A stretch of DNA of 64,000 bases from Anaeramoeba ignava BMAN. Lineage: Eukaryota; Protista; Anaeramoebae. A model generated the notes under the pieces. That model was not told the origin of the DNA. It did not search any database and saw nothing but the letters and a program-made list of their open reading frames with translations. This document shows, in pieces, positions 12,832 to 26,059 of this stretch (its first letter is position 1; the number at the start of each line of letters is the position of its first letter). The stretch lies in assembly GCA_028826165.1 (NCBI GenBank), contig JAPDFW010000070.1, positions 682,001 to 746,000 on the forward strand, read 5' to 3'. Position numbers and translations under genes: made by a program.

Positions 12832-14916
12832 ATGTCAACTCCTCAAACTTTATCATTAAAACGTAAAGTTGACAAAGTTCTTGAAATTTCCGAAAATGAC
12901 CAACAATTAATTTCTTCACTTCAATACATCTCAAAATTCTACAATGAAAACACAATTAAATCACGACGCAATTTACGAAATACAATTGAAAAACAACGAA
13001 ATGAATCAATAAGAAATTTTCTTGAAAAATTTTCCAAAATCAAAAACACATTTGAGTCAGTCATACAAAATGTTCATAGTTTAAACACTGTTTGCGAGGA
13101 AATCACTAATCAAATCGAAGAGGCTAAGCAAACATCAACAGATATTTTTGAGCAGTTGCAAAAAACTGATTCACTTGCGTTATTTTCACAGCAAAAAAAA
13201 CTAGTGGTTGAAAATTTCATAGCGAAATATTCACTCACAAAAGAAGAACAAGAAGTGCTTTTAGCAAAGCCTATCAGCAACTTTGCTTTCTTTGATGTTT
13301 TAAACCGCATTTCGCAAATTCTCACCGACTGCAGAAGCCTCTTAAGAGCAAATCAGCAACAAACGATCTTGGAGCTTCTTGATCAGACACTTTCGCTTCA
13401 AGAACAAGCTTTTGATCGGCTTTTCCGCTGGACACAATCGCGCTGCAAAGATTTCATTAAGAACCCTGAAGAAATAATGGGAGATTTTGATGGTTTTGAA
13501 AGCAATCCAAATATTTTTGAAAATAATTCAAATAATATTGAAAATAATCATTTGGAAAATAGTAATTTAAACAATCTGCAAAATAGCATCGATAACTCAC
13601 CGAGGATAACCCTTCCTCAAAATAACCAAATCACGGATGGTGTTCTTATACAAAAGGCCTTTGCAGTGTTGTCCTCTCGTGTTGTGCTTCTTAACAAAAG
13701 CATTGAAGTATTTGTGTCATCCCGACAACAAGCGCAAATACGAGGCTTCATTACAGCGCTAACCATAGGAGGACCATACGGGACACCATTGCCGATTGAG
13801 ATCAATTCGGACAATCCGATGCGGTTTATAAGCGACATGTTGGCATGGATTCATCAGTCAATTGCTGATGAAAAGGAGATTATCATGTGGATATTCAAGG
13901 ATATCCCAAGCGATATTACAGATCAAAAGGAGGTTTTGGGCTCCATTTTCCAGGGATTATCACGCTCTTTTCGTGTTAGAGTGGAACAGGTTCTTAAGAC
14001 TCAAATTAGCATGCTTGTTTCTTTTAAAATTTCCAATTTACTTGATTTCTATCTCAATAAAACAAAATTACTTCTCTCTCAAAATTGCGATTTTCTTGCG
14101 TTAATAGAAGAGCTAAAAAACCTCAGCTTCACTAAATTCACCGAAAAACTTGGGATTGAAACCAAGAGTCTGCTGAACTTTGCGCCAAAAATACAGCCCA
14201 AAGAACTAGTTCCACCAAAAAAACTACAAGAATGGATGATCCTAATCACAGAAATATTGGACACTTATCAGAGCTCAATCGTGCCTGACATCCCGTCCAA
14301 CATACAAGCCCCGCCAATACTTAAGCTACTTATTGATCCCTGCTTGCAAATGCTCGCCTTATCTGCAACAGGCCTGAATGCCTCGGATATGTCCGTTTAT
14401 TTATGCAACTCAATTTTCTTCATCAGAAATTCACTTTCTTCTTTTGATTTCACTCGTGAGTTCCTGGAAATGCTCGACGCTCAAATCGACGCTCATATGG
14501 ATACTCTTGTTGAGGAACAGCACCAAATTATCCTGCGCGAATGCAATATGGCTGAGAAAATTCGCATCATTCAATCCCAAAATAAATCTCAATCTCAATC
14601 TCAATCTCAAAATAAATCTCAAAATGATTTTGTTCCTCTTTCCCAAATCTTTGAAACTAATACTCAATCTATCAAAAATACAATCGCCCTTTTTGATAAC
14701 TCAATCAAAATTCTTGATTCCCTTGTTTTTCCTCAATGTGATAAAATTTTAAATCTTCAACTTAGAAGAAATGCAAAAAAACAAATTATTCAACTCACTC
14801 TTCTTGGATATAAAATATTATATGATTCAATTATGGATCCCAAAAATCAATATCCAAATCCTGAATCAATTGTGCCAAGAACTCCTGATCAAATTGAATC
14901 TCTGATTAAAATTTAG
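12832..14916 (+). CDS. COG6: Conserved oligomeric Golgi complex subunit 6, intronless
   Basis: 694 aa; ENTIKSRRNLRNTIEK, FITALTIGGP..PIEINSDNPMRFISDMLAWIHQSIADEKE, and C-terminal Y..IMDPKNQY..RTPDQIESLI. Confidence 0.9.
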   Translation: MSTPQTLSLKRKVDKVLEISENDQQLISSLQYISKFYNENTIKSRRNLRNTIEKQRNESIRNFLEKFSKIKNTFESVIQNVHSLNTVCEEITNQIEEAKQTSTDIFEQLQKTDSLALFSQQKKLVVENFIAKYSLTKEEQEVLLAKPISNFAFFDVLNRISQILTDCRSLLRANQQQTILELLDQTLSLQEQAFDRLFRWTQSRCKDFIKNPEEIMGDFDGFESNPNIFENNSNNIENNHLENSNLNNLQNSIDNSPRITLPQNNQITDGVLIQKAFAVLSSRVVLLNKSIEVFVSSRQQAQIRGFITALTIGGPYGTPLPIEINSDNPMRFISDMLAWIHQSIADEKEIIMWIFKDIPSDITDQKEVLGSIFQGLSRSFRVRVEQVLKTQISMLVSFKISNLLDFYLNKTKLLLSQNCDFLALIEELKNLSFTKFTEKLGIETKSLLNFAPKIQPKELVPPKKLQEWMILITEILDTYQSSIVPDIPSNIQAPPILKLLIDPCLQMLALSATGLNASDMSVYLCNSIFFIRNSLSSFDFTREFLEMLDAQIDAHMDTLVEEQHQIILRECNMAEKIRIIQSQNKSQSQSQSQNKSQNDFVPLSQIFETNTQSIKNTIALFDNSIKILDSLVFPQCDKILNLQLRRNAKKQIIQLTLLGYKILYDSIMDPKNQYPNPESIVPRTPDQIESLIKI

Positions 14917-15002
14917 AAATTTAAAAAAAATATTTTTTTTTTCTTTTTTAATTTAAATCCAAAAAAAAAAAGATTAAAAAAAATTTTTCTTTTTTTTTCT
15001 TT

Positions 15003-17872
15003 TTAGTTTTTGAGTTTTTCTTCTGTTTTTATTAAAATTTTCTGTAGATTTTTGTTTTGAAGAAATTGATTTTTTCCTGATGAAAGTATTTTATCAATTT
15101 TCATTTGATTCATCAATTTTTTCATTTCTATTTTTTTTATTTTTTTTTTTTTGGTTATTTAAAAAAAAAAAAAGTGGAACAAAAATAAAATTAACAAAAA
15201 AAAAAAATTTTTTCTTTTTTTTTTAAAGTTTAATTTTTACCTTCTGATTTTGAAAGAATATTGATAAGAAAACAAGCCCATTTAAAAATTTCATGATTAT
15301 TTGGAAATTTAATTAAAACCGAAACTAACAAATTAATCACATTATGTTCTTGAATAAATGAAATATCTATTAAAAATTAATAAAATTAATAAAATTAATA
15401 AAATTAATAAAAATAATAAAATAATCAAACCAAGATTATATTCTAATAAATTTCCTAAAGCAAGAAATCCTCTTCTTTGGATTGAATCATTATTTTCAAA
15501 TTCTTTCATTATCGATACTATTAATTCTCGACCATTCAATTCAATAATTTTTTTTTGATTAACTAATAATTTGAAAAATAAAATTCACTTTTTTTTCTTT
15601 TCTAAAATTTGGATTAGCAAAAAAATTTACGTTCATTATCAGCTAAATTCCCTAAAGCAAAAATTCCCCATCTTTGTAAAATTTCATTTTTCGGAAATTT
15701 GTTCATAGCTTCAATAATACGCTCAATTCCTTCGAGTTTATTAACTAATATTTTATTTTCTTTATTTCCGTTATTGTTATTATTTTTGTTTTGAAAAAGA
15801 TTTCTTTTGTTTTTTAAAAAATACGAGGAATAAATGCAACTAAATTCCCAATTGCAAAACAAGAATTAATTTGAATTTCTTCATTTCCATAAAATTTTTG
15901 CATTGAAGATAAAATGATTCTAATCACTTTCATTTTTCCAATTTTTTGTTGTGACTCTAAATAAATTGAAATGTAAAAATAAAATAAAATCTTTTCTTTC
16001 AAAAAAAAAATTTTTTTCTTTTAGGGAAAAAAAAATTTATTACCTCTTGTATCTGCTAAATTTCCAAAAGCAAGACATCCCCATCTTTGAATAAGTTCAT
16101 TATCCTCAAATTCAATCATTGCATTTAAAATTACAACACAGGAAAGTAAAATTTTACGTTTCATTTCTGGATCTGAAAAAAAAAAGAATTAAATCAAATC
16201 AAATTAAATAAAATCAAATTCAATTCAAATCAAATCAAATCAAATCAAATTAAAATCAAATTAAATCAAATTAAATCAAATTAAATTAAATTAAATTAAA
16301 TTAAATTAAATTAAATTAAATCAAATTAAATTAAATCAAATTAAATTAAATCAAATCAAATTAAATTAAATCAAATCAAATCAAATCAAATTAAATTAAA
16401 TCAAATCAAATTCAAATTCAAATTCAAATTCAAATTCAAATTAAATTAAATTAAATTAAATTAAATCAAATTAAATCAAATCAAATTAAATAAAATTAAA
16501 TTAAATCAAATCAAATCAAATTAAATCAAATCAAATCAAATAAAATTAAATTAAATCAAATCAAATCAAATTTACCCCATATATAAGCTAGAAGATTTGC
16601 TAAAGTTAAACAACACCATTGTTGAATTTTTTCTGATTTTTGGAATTTTTGCATTATTGATAAAATTAATTCAACTCCACCTGAATCTTTAAAAATTTTC
16701 TTATTTTCTTAATAAATCAAAATTAAAATCAAAATTAAAATTAAATAGTATTTTTTTTCTTAATAATCCTAAATTTACCAGGAATATCAACAATATTCCC
16801 AATAGCAAAACAACAATTTTCAATAACTTCTTCATTATCCATAAAGTTTTTCAATGCAACAAATAATAATGAAAATCCTTCATTTTGAGAAATTATAAGC
16901 TTACTTTCTAAAATGATTTATTTATGGAAATAATTTAAAATGATAAAAAAAAGAATGTGATTTGGATTGAATAAAAGTTTTTTTTTTACCTCGAGATTCA
17001 GCAAAATTCCCAAGTATAAAGCTTATCCATTTTTGAATATTAGCATTTTGACTAAATACTTTCATTGTTAATAAAACTAATGGAATTCCTGAAAAATCAA
17101 TAATTTTTGATTTTGTTTCTTTTCAGATCAAAATTAAAATTGAGTATTTTAAATAGTTTAGAAATTAGGATCGAAAAAAAAAAAGTTAACAATACCAGGC
17201 TTTTCAGTAATAAGATTAGCAAGAGCTATTGAAGATAATTCTTGTATTTTTTCATTATTTTTAAAGTGTTTCATTAAAAGAATAAGACTATGAACTAAAA
17301 TTTCAAATTCGTCAACATGATCTTTAATATTTTGAATTTCATTTTGATTTTCATTTTCATTTTGATTTTCATTTTCATTTTGATTTTCATTTTCATTTTG
17401 ATTTTCATTTTGATTTTGAATTTGATTTTGATTTTCATTTTGATTTTGATTTAGATTTTGATTTAGATTTTGATTTAGATTTTGATTTTGATTTTCTTTT
17501 TGAATTTCATTTTGATTTTGATTTTGATTTTGATTTTGATTTATATTTTCATTTTGAATTTCATTTTCATTTTGATTTTCATTTTCTTGTTTAATTTCTT
17601 GATGACTTTCATTTTCATTTTCATTTTCTTGTTTAATTTCATTTTCATTTTTGATTTTGATTTTGATTTTGATTTTCATTTTCATTTTCATTTTCATTTT
17701 CTTGTTTAATTTCATTTTCATTTTCATTTTCTTGTTTAATTTCTTGATGACTTTCCTTTTTAATTTCTTGTTTAATTTCTTGAGATTTTTGAATCATCTC
17801 TTCCATAATTTGATGAAATTTTATACTTAATTCCTCAAAATTTTGTTTAATCCCTTTTAATTCTTTATCCAT
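15003..17872 (-). CDS. ARM-like repeat protein with N-terminal coiled coil and NQ/NE tract; ~10 exons, about one repeat per exon
   Basis: Exons encode GIERIIEAMNKFPKNEILQRWGIFALGNLA-type repeats separated by phase-1 GT-AG introns. Stop TAA at 15003-15005. Confidence 0.75.
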
Positions 17873-18003
17873 TTTAATTTTTATTTTAATTTTAATTTTA
17901 TTCGAATTTTAATTTATTCATAAAAAGAAAAATGAAAAAATAATTTTTATTTTTTTAAAAAACAAAAAAGAAGAAAAAATTTTTTAATTGAGAAATAATT
18001 CTT

Positions 18004-20589
18004 TTAAAAAAATATGCATTTATTATTAGAGTTCTTATTCCGAAATTCTTCTAATTTAAGTGCATAAATTGAGTATTTGTTTAATTGGAAATAATCAACA
18101 CAATCAATCAATTCATTCAAAACAGAATTTGGAAGATCAGAATCGAAATCATCAAAATAAAGAAATTTAACAAGTGATTCAATTGTTTTAAAAGATTTCC
18201 CACTGTAATCATTCACTTGTCCACTTGAATCATTTACACTAACAAACATTCCATAATAAAGTTTACTTCTTGCCATCAAAATTGATTTATGAACCTTAAT
18301 CCTATTTCCTTCAGAAATAATTGTGAAATCTGTTGATTCTTTGTCATTGTAATATTTCCTTAAATCTTCTCTTAAAGAACTCATTTGTTTTTCTTTTGTT
18401 GATATTTTTGTTTCTTCAAGTATTTCTCCAATTTGTTTTTCATATTCTTCACTCATCCTTTCTGAGTAAATAAACATTAGAAAGGCTCTGATTAACTCTT
18501 GACTTCTTGTTTTAAGTAGTTCAATTATTTTGGAAACGTTTTCTTTTCCTATTCTCATTTCAAGAATTTGCTTATGGAAAGCCTACATTTCCATCAAAAG
18601 TTTCAATTTTTCCATCTATTAATTGTTGTTTTCGGAAAAGTTTCGCAAAATCTAAATTCAAACTACGATGTGAAAGAATATAATTGACTAACTTTGGATC
18701 TTTAACATAAGAATAAGGAAATAATTTAAACTAAAAAAAAAGAGAAAAACAATCGGTTTTTTTTTGTGTGATTTTAAAATCATCAAATAATACTTTATTT
18801 ATTTATTTACTAACATTCTATTTTCCAAAAAAACAAAGACAAATAGTTTCCAATTATTCATTTAATTTTAATTTTAATTTTAATTTTTAATTTTAATTTT
18901 AATTTTAATTTACATCTTCAATTTCTGGATTTGCTTTATATTTGATTGATATTTTTATTTTCATTTCGTTTTGATTCTCACAAACAAAATGAAAAGGTGT
19001 TTTTCCCTATTTATTTAATTAATCAATCAATTAAAAAAAATTTCAATTATTTACTTAAATAAATTAATAAATTCACATCCTAAAATTAAATTAAATTAAA
19101 TTAAATCAAATTAAATCAAATTAAATAAAATTAAATCAAATTAAATTCAATTAAATTAAATTAAATTAAATTAAATAAAATTAAATTATTAATAATTTTA
19201 CAATCTAAATTAATAGGAAAAATAATATTTTAAAAGATTCAAAACAAAACATAAATGATTCATTGATATTATTATTATTATTAATAATAATATCGAGTTT
19301 TACATTTTGAATATTTGGATTTGCTTTTTTTTGAAGAAGAAACTCATAAATTTTTGTTTCTTTTTGTTTACAAGCAAGATGTAATGGAGTTTCTTTCTAA
19401 AATTGGTTTTTTTTAATCAATTCATTCTTCTTTTTTTTGAAATAATTTTACTTTTTGATTTAAGAATTTAATTTACATTCTAAATTAAATTGTTTATTTA
19501 AAAAAGAAAGAATAAATGAAATTTAATATTTCTCTTCTAATAATTGTTTTTATTTCAAAAAAAAAATTTCTAAGAAATAAAATCACTTTCTAAATTTAAA
19601 TCAAAAATCAAAATTTAATTAAAATCTTAAAATATATAAATATATATATTAACATCTTGCGAATTAATATCAGCTCCTGATTCAAGTAATAATTGAATGA
19701 TTTCTGTTTTTGTACATTTCAAACAAGCATTATGCAAAGGGGTTCTTTTCTTAAATCATTCCAAAAAATATATATTATTAAATTTATCGATTTATATTTA
19801 AAATAATTTTGATTTTTAAATATAAACTAAATTAAAATACCCACTTTTATATGAGAAAGAAATAAAATTTACTTAGTAAAACAAAGAAGATGAATCAAAA
19901 TAAAAATAATTATTTTACTTCCTTAAAAAAAAAACAAAAATTATTATTGTAAATATTTTTATATTTTGAATAAAATTAATTACATTTTTTGAATTAATAT
20001 TTGAACCGGAATTAATAAGAAGTTTAATCACTTCCAAAGAAGAATTTCCAAAAGTTGCATATAATAATGGGGTTACTCCCTAAAAGTAAAAAACAATTTG
20101 TTTTTCTTTCTAAATTAAGATTTTTCTTTTATTTCTTTTGTTTCTTTTTTCAAACTATTTTAAAATGAAATTCTAAATTTAATCACTTAAAAGCAAAAGT
20201 AATCAATCATCTTGAATTCAAACCATTAGACTAAATAATAAAAAAAATTAATTTCAAATTAAAAATAGAAAAATAAAAATATAAATATTTCTACTTGAGC
20301 AAAATTCACATCTGCTCCTTTTTCAATAAGCAATTGAATAATATCAAAATTAGAAGAATTTTTGCAAGCACAAAGAAGTGGTGTTAAATCCTATTTTTAA
20401 AATTTGTTTTTGATTAAATATAAATATAAATATAAATATAAATATAAATATAAATTGATTTAATCAAATATTGTTTAATATTTGTTTTACATTTCTAATT
20501 GAATTAATATCAACTCCTGAATTTAAACATAATTTACAACCTTCAATATTTGATTTTTGAATTGAAAAAAACAAACGATTAACAAACAT
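18004..20589 (-). CDS. Ankyrin-repeat plus tandem BTB domain protein with microexons
   Basis: Exons 20589-20491, 20390-20295, 20079-19984, 19749-19654, 19396-19304 and 19006-18914 each encode one ankyrin repeat (xTPLH/xTPLL). The last exon 18730-18004 has TDFTIISEGNRIKVHKSILMARSKLYYGMF (BTB) and a 1-nt frameshift near 18578. Confidence 0.85.
18815..20230 (-). other. Microexon set in the ankyrin-BTB gene: seven 3-nt exons and one 6/7-nt exon
   Basis: Minus-strand AG|NNN|GT at 19919-21 (GAA), ~19841-43 (TGG), 19587-89 (AAA), 19477-79 (AAT), 19202-04 (ATT), 19077-79 (GAT), 18815-17 (AAT); plus TCTAATG at 20224-30. Confidence 0.8.
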
Positions 20590-20718
20590 TCCAAAATGAA
20601 AAAAAATGAAAAAAAAAATGAATTTTTGAATTGAATTTTTAATTTCGATGAAAATTTCTTTTTCTCTTTGAAAAAGAAAAAAAGTAAAGTAAAGTAAAGT
20701 TGAATAAAAAAAAAATCC

Positions 20719-23700
20719 TTAATTAAGATTTTGGAGTAATTGATTCCCCATTTCTTGAATAGCTCCATTTTGTGGGAAAATTTGCATCGCTTTTGATATA
20801 ATTTCAAATCCATTTAATTTTTTAATATCATTTTGATTACCTAAAAAAAAAAATAATAAATCAAAAAAATATCAAAAATCAAAAAAAAAAAATATTTTAC
20901 TTTTACGACTCATCAAAATTTCTAATAATGAAACACATCCATAAAGTTGAATCCTTTCACTTTTTGGGAAATTTTCCATTGTTTTTAAAATCATCTCAAT
21001 TCCTTTTTCTTTCTTAAATTTTGTGACACTTGCTAAATGATTATTTTTTTTTTAAAAGTAATTCAATCAAAAATTATGTAAATGAAATTATTTTGATTTA
21101 AAATTAAATTTACATGAATCTTTTGTAATTTGAGAAATTGTCCAACATGCTTTAGATTGAATTGGTTCATCATTTGGAAAATTAAACATGGTTTTAATTA
21201 TTGCCTCAATTCCTTTTGATTTTCTAATTGAAACTCTTCCATCTATTTTAGTTTTAAAATAAAAAATAAACAATAAATACTTCTTCTGTTCTTCTTTTAT
21301 AAATTTTTCTTATTACTTTCTGAAAGGGATATATTCCCTAATGCTGATAATCCATAATATTGAACCTCTGGATGATTTGGTAAATTAGTGATTGCTTTTA
21401 TTATTGTTTCAACTCCTTTCAATTTTATGATTTGATTAACATTTTCTTTTTTAAATAATTAAAAAAATAAATCAATAAATTTTATTGAAACTTTTTTTTC
21501 CTTAAATTACGATTAACAGATAAACCACTATCAAAACAAACACTTGCTAAAATAAAACATCCATATTTTTGGATATCCTCATTATTCTGTAATTCATTCA
21601 TTTTTTTAATTGTTTGTTCAAGTCCTTCAAAAAGTAAAGCTGAAGAAACAATTTTCTATTTTAAATCCATTAAAATTCATAAAAAAATTTCTTTTTATAA
21701 TCAACAATCAATTTCAATTAAATTCCTTACTTTTGGTATTTTTTCAAATTCTAAAATTGTTTTTATTAAATTATTATTATTATTATAAAATTTTTTTCCT
21801 TTTAAAAAAAGTGGAAAAAAAAAATAATTTACCATCAGTTTCAAAAATGAGATTATAAAGAACATCACAAGCTGTATAAACTAAATAACCTGTTTGTGGA
21901 AATTGATAAATGCATTTAATAATCAATTCTATTCCATTCAACTGTTTGATTCTAGTTTTATTTTCTTGAGTAAAAGAAAAAGAGATATTGATTTTAAAAA
22001 AAAATTTTTTTTTTTGGATTTTTGGATTATTTACTTTCATTATTGAAACTAAGATCTCTAAGAATCCAAAAAGCTTGATCTTGAATATCTTCATTTTGAG
22101 GGAAATTATTGAATAAATTTAATATTGCTTCAATTCCATTAAATTCTCTAATTTGATTTTTTGCCTCTAATAAATTTTTGATTTTGATTTTAATTTTGAT
22201 TTTTATTTTTCTTTAAAAAATGAAAATTAATTTTGAAAAATTACCATCAAAATTTGAAGAAATTTTTTCCAAAATTTTGCATGATTCAATTTGAATATCT
22301 TTATTTGTTGGAAAACGATTCATTAAGGTTATCATTGATTGAACTCCATTTAATTCTAAAAATGACATTCTTATCTCGTTGATTTGAGCTATTTTTAAAT
22401 TAAGATCAAAAAAACAAAAAAAGTGGATCAAATTTTTTTTATAAGTAAATTTTGTTTTTTGATCTTTTTTTCTGTTTTTTTTTTTTGGGAATTAAATTAT
22501 AATTAAATCAAATACAAAAGTTTTCATAAAAAATTTTTTCAAAAAGAAAAAATGCTTTGAGTGAAATTTCTTCATTTGAAGTAAAATTAACCGCATGAAG
22601 TAAAGAAGGAATGATCTGTAGATTTTTTATATTTTCTGTTAAATATATAAAAATTAATCATTTAAATTAAATCACTCCAAATTTTGATTTTGATTTTGAT
22701 TTTGATTTTTTTTATTGAAAAAGAATAATATTTTTTACTGTTTGTTTGTGAAACAAGATCCAAAATTTCAATTCCTTTGTTTAAAATATCTTGATTTTTA
22801 GGGAAAGTACTTATTGAGTTCATAATTACTTGAATTTTGGAAAAATCAAATTTTTTGACATAATCTAAAATTATTTATTATTTCTGATTAATTATTCTAA
22901 AAATGTAAATAAAAAAAAATTTCAAATACCTTTTACTAATTTTAAATATTTTAGACAAACTGAGATTCCATCAGCATGAATATCTTCATTATTTGGAACC
23001 ATAATCATTACTTGAATTATTGGTTGAATATTGTATTGTTCATTGGTTGTTTTCTTTTGTAAAATTAATAAAATAAGGAAAAAGTGGAATTTTGTTTTTG
23101 ATTTAAAAAGAAAAAGAAAAAGAAAAGTACTTGATCTAATCATATTTTTGCAAGAAGAATCAAAAATTAATTTAAATTTTATATTAAATGAGAGAGTGTG
23201 AGAGAAAGAAAAAAACTAAATTTTGGTTTGAAATTTACTATAAAGATCTATGAATGATTGAAACATTTGAAGACACCATTTCCTAGTTTGAAGATCAGTA
23301 AAAAAATTGTTTAAAATTCTCATTATTACTTCAAAACCATTTAAGAGCACAATTTCTTTTTGATTTTCTATATTTTTTTTTATATTTAAAAAAATGAATG
23401 AAAGAATTCAATATTTTTATTAAATTGGAAAATAATTTCTTTATTTTGGATACCTTGATTATTATTTGAGAGAAAATTCAAAGTGGAAATTCCAGTTTTT
23501 TGGATTTCTTTATTTGAAGGAAAAGTGTTTATAGCATTAATAATTATTTTGATTCCGCTATGTCTTCGAATTTCGTTTTGATTTTCTATATAAAATTTTT
23601 TAATTTCGCAAATGAGAAAAAATGGATTATTTTTTCTTTGTTTTTTTCTTAAATGAAAATTTTTAATTTTTAAATCTCAATCAAATACCGAAATTATTAG

Positions 23701-25946
23701 TAGATAATTTTCTTAAAGCTCTACATCCTTCAATTTGTAATTCATCCTGATTTGGAAAAGTATTCATTGATAGAATTATTTGTTCAATTACTTGGTTTGT
23801 TCCACTTGAATCAATACCTCCTTTTTTGATTTGAATTAATTTGATTTGATTTAATTTGATTTGAATTAATTTAATTTGAATTAATTTAATTTGAATTAAT
23901 TTAATTTGAATTAATTTAATTTGAATTAATTTAATTTGAATCATATATTTTTTGAATTAATTTGATTTGAATTAATTTAATTTGAATTAATTTGATTTGA
24001 TTTGAATTGATTTGATTTGAATTAATTTAATTTGAATTATATATTTTTTGAATTAATTTGATTTGAATTAATTTAATTTGAATTAATTTAATTTGAATTA
24101 ATTTAATTTGAATTAATTTAATTTGAATTATTTTGATTTGAATTATATATTTTTTGATTTGAATTAATTTAATTTGAATTATATATTTTTGATTTGAATT
24201 ATATATTTTTTGAATTATATATTTTTTGAATTAATTTGATTTGAATTAATTTAATTTGAATTTAATTTGAATTTAATTTGAATTATTTTGATTTGAATTA
24301 ATTTGATTTGAATTATATATTTTTTGGAAAGTAATTCCCAAATTATTTTTTAAAAGTAGAAGAGTTACTTATATTAAATGTATAAATGCCATGTAAAATT
24401 AAACAACCAGAATAATGAATTTCATAAATTTTTGGGAAATTCCCCATTATTGTAATTATTCTTTCAACTCCATGAAATTGATCAATAAGAGAAAGATTAT
24501 CTATTTATTTTTTTGTTAAATACAAAAAATAAATAATTCAGAATCAATCAATCAATCAATCAATAAATAAAAATGTTTTTGTTGTTATTTAAAATTACTG
24601 CGATGACTTTGGGAAATCCTTTCTAAAGTTTGGATAATAATAAGTTGGAAATTTTCATCATTTGGAAATGCTTTTGAAAGATTAAATAATAGTTCAATTC
24701 CTTGTAATGAACCAATGATAGTTTTACTCTCTTATTTTGTTTTGGGAAAAAAAAAAGAGTTAATAACTTTATCAAATAAAAAATAAGATTAATTTCTTTC
24801 AATTTGAGATTACCATTATCCTCACTTAAATTCTTTAAAATTTGAATACCCAAAAATTCAATTTCTTTGTTTGTAGAATTTTTCATTGTTTTAATAATTG
24901 TTTCAATTCCTTTATTAGCTCTAATTTGAACAGCATTATCTATTATTTTTGTTTTATCGAAATGATTTTGTTAGATCTCCAAAAGATAAATTACTATTAA
25001 TATCATTATAATGATATAAATAAAATACTCAAATTATCTTCTGAAATTTTCATTAAAGTTATGCATCCTTTAATTTGAATATCTTCTTCATTAGGAAAAT
25101 TATTCATTGTTTTGATTATTGATGGAATTCCTTTCGATTTCCGGATTTGATCTTTACTTTCTATTATTTCCATTCATTTATTTGAAAATATTTTTTTAAA
25201 TAAATCAAAATTATAATCAAAATCGAAAATAATATATTGTTATTATTAACCTTGATTTGGAAAAGGTAAATTTAATAAGAACTTTCCTCCTTGAAATTGA
25301 ATTTGAGAATTGCTTGGAAAAGTATCCATTGCTTTAATAATTGAATCAATCATATTGTCTTTATATCTAAATTGGGGATCTATTTTTAATTTTTAAATAA
25401 ATAAATAAATAACTAGCAATATAAAAGAATATAAAAGAATTTTTCACTTTGATTTTTTTCTGCAAATTTATTGAAAAAAAAACATCCATTTTCTTGAATA
25501 TCAACACTTAAAGGAAATAAAAGAAGCCATTTAACTATTTGATCAATATCAGATTCCAAATTGTTTTCTTGATCTAAATGAAAAAAAGCAAACATTTATT
25601 AAATTAAATTAAATTAAATTAAATTAAATTGAAAATCTTTTTTAATTTTACATTCACCATCTCTAAATTTTTGAAGAAAGTTTTTTGCTTCAATTTCTTC
25701 AGGATTATCTGTTTCTGTTTTGGGTGTTGTTCTTTGATTTGTAACTTCAATTTGATTTTGGATTTGGATTGTTTCTTGTTTTTCAAATTGATTGTCATAT
25801 TCTTTGATTGGTGAGATTTTTAATTTGTAAATTTCTTCTTCAATTTTTTCAAATCTGTTTTCAAATTTTTTATCAATTTGTTCAAACTTTTCTTCTAATT
25901 TTTGTAATTTTTCTTGTAAATCTCTTAAAGTAGTGTGGATATCCAT
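20719..25946 (-). CDS. Large ARM-like repeat protein, ~21 main exons (mostly ~120-145 nt, phase 1) plus a 20-nt and a 5-nt mini-exon
   Basis: Repeated GIE.II.TM.NFP..E.IQ..GC..L..L units, e.g. 129-nt exons 21114-21242 and 21317-21445. N-terminal coiled coil MDIHTTLRDLQEKLQKLEE. Stop TAA at 20719-20721. Confidence 0.8.
23825..24325. repeat. Intronic 15-mer repeat (TTGAATTAATTTAAT)
   Basis: Tandem copies inside the intron ~23821-24368; they produce the spurious IQIKL ORF. Confidence 0.8.
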
Positions 25947-26059
25947 ATTTTTTTTTTTGAAAGAAAAAATGAAAAAAAATTTTGAAAAAGCAAAAAAAAT
26001 TTTTTGGAAAGAAAAGAGAAAAGCATTTAAAAATAATTTAAATTTAAATTTAAATCTAA

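Noticed and set aside
15160-15200. Recurrent AAAAGTGGA motif in several introns (also ~9505, 21805, 22420, 23080)
   Set aside because: Short, in mixed orientation and flanked by A-runs; indistinguishable from chance without statistics.
18570-18590. Frameshifts here and near 12260, 33680 and 54700-57960 as programmed frameshifting or pseudogenes
   Set aside because: Small indels, several in or near short homopolymers, in otherwise intact genes; assembly error is simpler and cannot be excluded without reads.
23681-23944. IQIKL pentapeptide-repeat protein
   Set aside because: The repeat lies in an intron; the real exon begins after the AG acceptor at ~23821.
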